Of a DNA stretch of 50,244 bases, positions 29,549-38,900 are shown one piece after another (the stretch's first letter is position 1; every line of letters begins with the position of its first letter). A model generated the notes under the pieces. That model had not been told where the DNA came from. It was given only the letters and a program-made list of their open reading frames with translations, and searched no databases. The DNA is from a virus (Duplodnaviria; Caudoviricetes). The position numbers and the translations under genes were made by a program. The stretch covers positions 1 to 50,244 of IMG/VR virus record IMGVR_UViG_3300005057_000001; one strand, written 5' to 3'.

Positions 29549-29883
29549 TATCTTGTCACTTCAGGAGTTACTGTCACATTTCCTTCCATAAGTCGTGTTA
29601 CAGTTCCTCCTCCTGATTCTATTTCTAAATCGTATACATACATTCCTTCTTCTACACCAGAGGTTTGTGTTGCAGTCGCGGTCAACTGTAGTTTCCCTTG
29701 GGCTGCATTTGAAACTGCTACGGTGAAGGTAAGAGCAATAGTCGTTGAGTTGTGCGTTGAACGCATCTGCATACGTCCAGTGTAGCCAGTTAAATTCATC
29801 GCTGCCCCACTTTCTTGCACAGTTATCTCTCGACTGAATGTCGTTCCCTGCTCTAATGTAAAATTATAACTTCCAGCTGCCAT
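29548..29883 (-). CDS. Collar / fibre-attachment protein (p132/BppU-N-like)
   Basis: 111 aa; EQG.TF, NLTGYT..MQ.R, YVYDLEI, EG...VTPEVT; T5 p132 position. Confidence 0.65.
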   Translation of the reverse strand: MAAGSYNFTLEQGTTFSREITVQESGAAMNLTGYTGRMQMRSTHNSTTIALTFTVAVSNAAQGKLQLTATATQTSGVEEGMYVYDLEIESGGGTVTRLMEGNVTVTPEVTR

Positions 29884-29905
29884 TTATATATTTCTCCAAT
29901 GTCTA

Positions 29906-29935
29906 ATTATACCAAAAAAATATACCTATTGTCAA
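29906..29935 (-). promoter_or_regulatory. Consensus sigma70 promoter for the lateral fibre operon
   Basis: Minus strand TTGACA, 18 bp, TGG-TATAAT upstream of GGAG RBS. Confidence 0.8.
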
Positions 29936-29972
29936 GGATTAAATTTTCGAGGTAGTAACGATTCTTCAATCG

Positions 29973-32900
29973 TTAGGTTGATTTGTCTTTTTTAAGTTCT
30001 TTTATTTCTTCTTGTAGCTCTTTTACCGCTTCTATTAGTAAAGCTGTGAGTTTTTGATAGTTTACTGCTTTATATCCATTATCTCTTGTTGCTACAATTT
30101 CTGGTGCTACTTTTTCTACTTCTTGTGCAATAACACCAATGTCTCGTCCTTCATGTACAACTTGCTTATCATTCCAGTCAAACTCAACCCCACGTATTTG
30201 TGATACTTTATCCATAGCATTTTCTATTTGTTTTACATTATCTTTGAGTCTATAGTCTGAACTGTAATATGCGACAACATCTGCTGTTGCTCTGATAGTA
30301 CCTGTAACATCAAGTATTGAACTTGAGTATGTCATTCCTGAAGGTAGACCACCTCCACTGCCAGAAGTATCATTTGACCAAACTAGAGTTGAGCCAGATG
30401 AAGGCCATTTTAATACTTGCCCTGCTGTACCAGAAGAGTTTGGTAAAGTAAATGAGCCTGTAGAAATACTTCCATCTACTGATAGGTTTCCTCCAGTACT
30501 TAGTGTCATTCTTTCTACTGCATCTTCGTACCATTTAAATCCTTGGTCAGAATTATACCATAAATGATTTGATTCAATACCTATAGCATAGAAAGCTGTA
30601 GCACTTGAATCATAAAATTTTATTCTTGTACCTGCTGTATGATTTGAAGTACTTGGCGGAGAAACATTACCATTATTATAGGTGTTATCAATAATCCCGT
30701 CTACATCAATACCGCCTGAAAATGATACATCACTTGAGAATGTTTTTGTTCCGCCAAGAGTTTGGTTTCCTGTAGTTCTAATAACTGTTGAATCAACGTC
30801 AAATGTTATAGTTTCGGCTACTCCTTGGTTTGTGGTAAAGTCTCCTCCATTTGATAGGCCGTCCCCTGCAGATAAAGTAATGGTAGCATTATTTACGTCA
30901 TCAGAAGATTCATTACCGTCTCCGTTACTAACATTAAATGTTGAACCACTTGCTGCAGTCAAAGTTAGCGTTCTTACAGCACTATCGTCTGTAACGTCTC
31001 CAACAGTTCCGTTACCAGAGCTTCCACTTCCTCCAATTTCAATCCAATAGTAATTATCTCCTGAACTAATTGTATGCGTAAACTCTAAAGTAAAGTTTCC
31101 GTCGCTAGTAAACTCAGCTGTTCCTGCCCCTACGCTTCCTGAAGCACTAAATGTTTGTGACATATTCGCATTTGCATAATCACCTCTATTTAATTCTGCC
31201 TCTGCCCAATAAAATCCTGGTTCTGTTTCAAAAGATTCTGTTAGTCTATATTGGGTTGAAGTTTGACTTCCTGAACTATATTCAGAAAAACTTAGTGTTC
31301 CTCCAACTTGAGTTGCACCACTTCTACTATTTGAAGTATTATGTAAAACTTTTATAGTAACACTATTAGGTATTTTTGCTAATGCTGTACTTCGCGCCTG
31401 TGCTAATGAACTGTAAGATATCCCATGACCAAAAAAGCTAGCACTCTTTTGAGCTTTTACTGTTATAGTTTGTCCTGAAGTTAAAGATATTTTTTGTGAA
31501 TCGTTGTCTGCATCGCCAGAAGAAGTTTTAGACACAGAAGAAACAGAAGCTCCTGTAGCTTCTGCAATCTCAGTAAACGCTGCATCTGTAAATCCTGTAG
31601 AAGCATCAAAAAGTTTTGTTCCACCTGAAGTGTAAATATCAAAACCTCTAATTTCTCCTGAGCCGTCATTTTTTACTTTAAAAGGAATATACGTTGAGGT
31701 AGAGTCTCCTCCTACTTCTAAAACTGTTCCTGTGCCTGAAGGAGTGTAAACTTGGAATCTATTAGTTCCTGAGGATACTCCCATAGCGAGACCGCTTGTA
31801 CTACCGATAAATACTTCTTCTGCGTATACTGAACCTGTTTGAGTCACTGAGAATTTAGCACTTGTTGGAGTTGCATTACCTGCATAAATTCTATAAGTTG
31901 AATTGGCTCCATCTAAGATTGCGACATTATTACCTGATCCTGCTGTGATTTTTCCTGCATAAGTAATATTATCATTTAGCTGGTCACCACCAATCGCATC
32001 ATTTTTAATCTTAATATTTCCAGAATCTACTTCTAAGAAAGTGGTATTAAGAGGTACTTTTGTTGCTGCAAGTTTTATTGAGCCTGCGGTGCCAATATTT
32101 TCAAAGGAACCTCTTACATTTTTAAATTCAGTTGGACTAAATACGTCTGTTGTTCCTGGTAGAGCAATACCAATGCTGTCTTTAATATTACCATTAGTAT
32201 CTATAATTTGTGTGTTTAAAACATCAGTCTCAGCTCTTGTTGAGAACGCACTTCCAGTCCAACGAGGAAGTACTGCACTATTACCAAAGAGTGTTGAAGT
32301 GTTTGCACCAAAACCTCCCTTATCCAAAGGTATAGTAGGTATATTAGTTGTTTTTATAACTGGAGTTGTTCCAATATTATCAAAACTTGCTCTTACTTTT
32401 AGCAGTTCTGTAGGAGTGAACGCAGTTGTTCCATCAAAGATATTACCGATAAGCCTATTACTACTATCAATCGCACTAAATGTTCTTGTTTTAGTGGTTT
32501 TTAAGTCTGCTACAGAAACAATATCAGTGCCAGACTTAATACTTGTTATTAATCTTCCACCAGAGTCTAATCCAGTTGAAACTCTTCCGTCAGTTAGTTC
32601 GGTAGGTCTGCCGCCTTGGTCTGACCAATAGTTTGAAGTAATTGCTGAAAATTGTACTTTTTCAATCGACGAATCTATCTGATAGAAAGAAGAATCCATG
32701 TGTAAATTATTTGTAATTCTAACTGTTACAGTTCTTTCTAAGTCTCCATTGTGATAGTATCGAATTGCACTACCATCATAAGTTATTGTAAACTTATCAT
32801 CTGCTGAATAAGAGCCATGAGTAGATACTTGACTTCCGCTTTCATATATAGATAAAGTACCGTCTGCTTTTGTATACCAAGCGTAGTCAATACTAGAATA

Positions 32901-35900
32901 ACTAGTATTGGTAGTAGGATCGGTGTTTAGTCCTACCATAATATATTTGTTAGTTTGACTTATTGTGTAAGAAACTTGAGCTGCAGGATACCCGTCTTTT
33001 GAATAGACATGAGTATTCCACCCATTATTTCCACTGCCAGACATTGATATTTTATTACCTGTAATGGTAACTGTTTTTGTGCCTCCAGAAACTAGTTCTA
33101 AAGTTTCAGCTCCTAATCCCCCTGCGGTAACTTGCCCGCCACCAGCACCAGAAAGGCTTCCATCTGCTGCAATACTAATTCCAGAGTTTCTTAGTCCTGT
33201 ATTAGCGTTTGCTACTTTTAAAGTAGGAGTGCCTGTTATACCATCAAAAGCCCCTCTAACATTGATTGCTTCTGCCGCACTAAATGTTGTGTTCCCTGAT
33301 TTAATACCTGCTGTTAAGTTACCACTTACATCAAGTCCAGAGTTAGCTCGGCTTGCACCGCTTTTTGTTGTTCCAGTATCTGTTATACTTGCAATGTCTG
33401 GAGTAGCCGCAGCAGTACCGTCATAGTTTAAAGTACCGTCTGCTTTTGTTGTTATCTTACTATTATTTACTTTTACATTTGCTGTACCAATGCCTGTTAG
33501 TACACCACTTGAGTTAATAGCGATTGTTGCATTTTTAAGAGTGTCAGGAGTACTTGCAGAAGAATCAGTGTCTCCAGCTTTTGTTAATGTTACTCCTGTT
33601 TCTGTAAATGAAAGTCCTAAATCACTGTTTAAGAATTTGTTTGTATTTGTTTCTCCTGTACCACCTTTGTTTACTGGAACTGAAGTATCTAATACACCAC
33701 TTGCTGTAAGTCCTGTTTCTACTCTTGATTGAAAATTTGTTGTTCCTGTAATTCCATCTACAGTAGGTGCAGCTGCTGCAGTACCGTCATAGTTTAAAGT
33801 GCCGTCTGCTCTTGTTGTTATTTTACTGTTATTTACTTTTACATCTGCTGTGCCAATACCTGTTAGTACACCACTTGAGTTAATAGCGATTGTTGCATTT
33901 TTTAACGCGTCTGGAGCAGCAGCACTATTAATTAAAGTAGTTCCTTTCTTAATTCGTACAGTAGTTCCGCTGTAATCAATATCTAAGTCGCTGTTTCTTA
34001 CATCTTCATCACCAAGAGCATTTCCTCCAGAGTCTGTAAAGTTAACTCCTGCTTGTGCACCAACGGTTGCTCCGTCATCATACTGTAGTCCTAGATTACT
34101 TTTTGTTACGTCTACTGTTGTATTCGATGTTCCTACGCCTGCAATAGTAATTCTGCCTTGGTTAGTTCCTGATGTAGCCATAGAAATGCCAATGACATCA
34201 TTGAATACTCTTGAGTTTGTTCCTGTGCCGATACCACTTATTACACCAGTTGATGTATCAATACCAATACTTGCATTTTTTAAAGCAGAGTTTGCGTTGT
34301 CTACTTTTAGTGTTGGTGTGGTTGAAAGATTATCAAATCCTCCGCGTATATTAATTGCTTCTGCTGCACTAAATGTTGTGCTTCCTGATTTTATTCCAGT
34401 AGTAAGATTACCACTAGTGTCTAGTCCGCCTACGGCTCTGTCTCGCCCATCAATCATTTGGCCTGGAGTTCTTGTTATTGTACCATCATAAAGACTTCCA
34501 ACAAGTCTATTACTACTGTCAATTGCATTTACAGACCTGTCTCGGCCATCAATCATTTGACCTGGAGTTCTTGTTATTGTACCATCATAAAGACTTCCAA
34601 CAAGTCTATTACTACTGTCAATTGCATTTACAGACCTGTCTCGGCCATCAATCATTTGAGCCGGTGTTCTTGTTACTGAACCATCAAAAATATCTGCAAC
34701 AAGTCTATTGTTACTGTCAATTGCTGCGTTAGCTCTGCCTACGCCTCCTGTAACCGTAGCGTTTGCAACACCGCCAATAGTACCTGTAATATCTCCGCTT
34801 CGAATAGTTGCAGAACTTTCATTGTCTACATTTCCAAGTGCAATATCTGCCTTATCTGTAACATGAAGTACAGGAGTTCCCCAAGTATAGTTAAACTGAA
34901 GATTTGGATAAGTTCCAGTCATTTTTGCTATACCTTTTGATGAGTATAGTTGTTGTCCTGATACTGCTGATGGAATATCATCAGACCAGCCAGAAGGCAG
35001 GTTTGGATATGAAGTTCCACTTGGAGTGCTAGGTTGTCCATTATTATATTGGAAAATATAATTTATATCCTGGAATCCTGAGTCAGACAATGTTGGAGTA
35101 TTCCAAGAAATTGTGCCTGATACTCCACTTCCTGAACTTGATTCTGTTACTAATGCTCTTGATATGGAATAAATTTTTCCTACACCAGATTCTTTTGTTC
35201 TTGACCAACCACTTGGTATACTTGAAATTGTATCTGTTCCAAAATTATAAGTTCCTGTAGTAGGTGCTCCTGGAAAAGTCGTATTACTACCAAAAGTCCA
35301 AGAACTGACAACATAATATAACTCTAGTTCTGCTATCTTTAATCCTGCATCTCCTTGGTCTCCATCATCTCCTTTTACGCCTTTATTTGTTCTTGAAAAA
35401 GTCTGCTTTTTAGTTACTGACTGACTGTTCGCTACATTTACTGTATAAATAATGTCTGCTGTATCAGCTGTTAAACTTGAATGATCTGCAAAGACTATAT
35501 TATTTGAAGATGCAGACTGTGAGCCAGCAGTAATATTAGTATCACTATTAACTGTTACTTTGAATTGAGTTGCACTTGGAGTGCCACTAGTAATACCTGT
35601 TAGTTGTGTGTTTCCTTTAAATACTTGGAAAGTAGTTCCACTTCCTGTCATAACAGGATTTGCGCCATCAGCATCTGCTGGTATAGCGTGAGATTCATTT
35701 GTACAGATTACTGTAAATGCGTCATCACCGTCTGATCCAGCCGCACCTGGCTGTACTGCATAAATTGCTATAGAGTCAGAAGCAAGTATTGTACTTGTAT
35801 CCGCTGCCTCTACAACTTCTACTTTGAGTATCTTAGGAGTACTAAAGAAACTTGAAGGTGGAGTAAATGAGAATGTATCAGAAGGATCGATTGCTCCTGA

Positions 35901-38900
35901 GTTATTTCCATCTGTGAATGATGTCTCATCAGTTATTCCATCACCTGTAAATTTAAAGTAAGGGTCTGTAAATCCTTGAGTACTTGCGATTAAATTAAAT
36001 GCACTTGACGGATTCGGACTGCTTCCCGCAGCGTTATATGCGATAGCATATTTGTCAGAAGTTAATTTTACCGTTTTTGCGTCAGTACCATTGCTTCCTA
36101 CAAGTCCATTTCTCGACTTTGCGATACTGTATGTTTGATCAATAGTCATCTGGACACCAGTAGGTGAAATAGACGCAGGAATTGTCGCCCTAAACACATT
36201 TTTAGCCAGATCTACCGTAAGTGCAGAAATTGTGTAAACTCCTGTTGAAGCATTAATCGAGCTTGTTAGCCCATTAGTTTCTTCGCCAGATACCTCAGAG
36301 AAGTTGCAACTGGTTGTTCTATCTGTTGAGCCAACGAACACCTTGAAAGTTCCGCCGGCATTGGTTAAAGCTCCAGATGCCAAAGTTCCGTCAGTACCCG
36401 CAGATACTGTATGTGCTGTATTTGTTAAGAAAGCTGTTACTGCATCTGAACCAGATTTAATACCAAAGATAGTAACAGAATCAGTAGCTTTAATAGCTCC
36501 TGTAGTTCCGCCATCTCTTGCTTTTACTTGTACTTGTACTGTCTCTTGGTCTGCAGGCTCATCTGCGTCTGCTAGTGTAAATGTAGATGTTGTACTGTTT
36601 TGTTTTGTTGTTCCATCTACGATAAATTCATAATAAGGAGTTCCTGAGAATGCAGATGTTGCATCTCCTGTGTTTCCTTGTAGAGTAGTTGTAAAGTTAA
36701 TTGTTGTAGAAGGATTTTCACTGTCAGGATCGTTTGCACTATAAGTAATCACTGAAGTGCTTGGAGACAAGTCAATAGCTGCCGCCGCGACACCTGTACT
36801 ACCTGAACTACCATCTTTTGTTATTGATATTGGAACAAGCTGAGTAAATGTTTCTCCGCTTGTGTCTGTGACTGTTGCTTTTACGAACTTGTTTGTTGTT
36901 GCATTACTTGCTGAAGAAGCGTCTACAGTGGCTTCATAAGGTGCAGAAGTATCGTCTAAAGTAGTAGAACCATTAGTAAATTGTACGTCTGTTTGAGACG
37001 TTTGGTCTGCGTCTATAATACTAAACTGAACACCATTTGAATCTGCAGTAATATTTCTCAGTGTAGCAGTAAGTTTTACATCTTGTGCTGCACCTGTTGG
37101 AGTCAATGCTCCACTATCATTAAATTTAATCTGTATGCTAGAAACGTCAACGTCTAGCTGTGGAGAAGGAACTTTTGCAACACCTTGCTTACCTGCATCT
37201 ATTGCAGATGAAAACTCTTCTTTAAAAATAAGTTGAGTAGCATTGTCTGATTTTCTTCTTATCTTTCTTACATGTCTAATCCAGTAGTAGAAAGTTCCTG
37301 CCTCTCCTACTGCGTCTGCCCAGCTTGTTGTATTATCTACTGTTGTGATAAGAGTTGCGTGATCTGTTACGTTTCCACTACTACCTTGACTTGATGCTCT
37401 CCATATTTGAGTAGAGTCTGTGGCTTCTGTGAATCCTGTACCATTTGTCCAGCTTAATGTAATTATGCCTGGCTTAGTAGTTGTAGGATTACCTAATGCT
37501 GGAACTCCAGGATAGGAAACGCCCTCTCTTTGAGATAGAGTAGCTTGTTGAGCTTTTGAAGCTTTTTGCGGAGTAATAACATAAAAAGAATCATCATATT
37601 CAGTAGCTTTTATACTTACTGTACAATTACTTTGGTAGTTTAAGTTATTAACTCTAAATAATTTTCCTGCAAAACCAAAAGGTTCATAATTTAAAGAAAT
37701 TACTTGCCCTGGTTTTAACAATAAACCTTTTTGTCCGATTGTAAAAGATATTTCTTTACTAAATCGTGACTGTAAAAGATACTTCTCTATTGTCATTCTA
37801 GCATTATAATAACTAGTAATGGCAGGAAGTGTCATGTTACCTGTTTTGATAACATTTCTATCTGCTTTTAAGAAATCAGAATTATAAAATGTAATACTTC
37901 TAGATTGGAAGTTATTTTGAGGATCGAAGATACTTCCTTTAATAGTATTCTTTGAATTCTTTTGACTATTATCATTTAAGTTTATAGTACCAATAATGTC
38001 GGATTCTTCAATAAACTCTGGATTTACGTTCCAGTCATAAGTAGTACTATCAAAAGTATTTGTAGATACAGGAGCTGTTTCGTTTGTTTCAACGCTCAAT
38101 TCATACTTACCATTTGAGTAAGAAAGTATACCATTATACTGAGATAATAGTCCATTTAAGTTTGAGAATACTGACTTTGCAGTATCCATCATGCCATTAG
38201 CTTGGTGACGTGTTACACACCATTGTCTATTTTCTTCCCAACCTAAGTATCTCCAGTATTTTACAAAGTCTGAATCATATAAAGAGTAAAGTGGAATTGT
38301 GCCATTGTTTGTAAGTGTAATAGATGTAGGAGAAGCTCCGTTTCCTGAAACTTTTGTAAGAACTGGAGTGGACATGTATTCCAAACCATTGCTTGTGCCT
38401 GATGTATGGCTAGGGGCTGTATTTTTATATCCTCCGCTAGTAACTCTATAGTATCTTTGAGTTCCTGATACTGTATGATAAATTATGTCTCCAACATTAT
38501 AATTAATGTAGTTTTGATATCCTCTTAAAAACTTTCCAGAGATTTCGTCAAACTTAATTTGTGTGCCGTTATTTACATCTGCTACCACTCTACCAGAAGC
38601 TAGGTGGTCTCCGTTTGCTTTTGTTATTTTATAGATGTCGCCTTGTTTTACTGTTACACCAGAAGCAGTTGTAAGAGTTACGTCTGAACGAGTATCACAT
38701 AAAAGTGCTGCAGTTTTTACTGTATTCAAAGCAATATCATCGCCCATAACTAAGCCCTTACCGTATAACTCACTGGTAAGAATATCTGCTGTTTGTATTG
38801 CTGGATTTATAGAGCTTCTCTTGTCACTACCCCTTCCTTTAATATTAAAAGTATATCCTGTTTTAGGAGGATTTACAAAAGGAGATTCAATAGTAACAAA

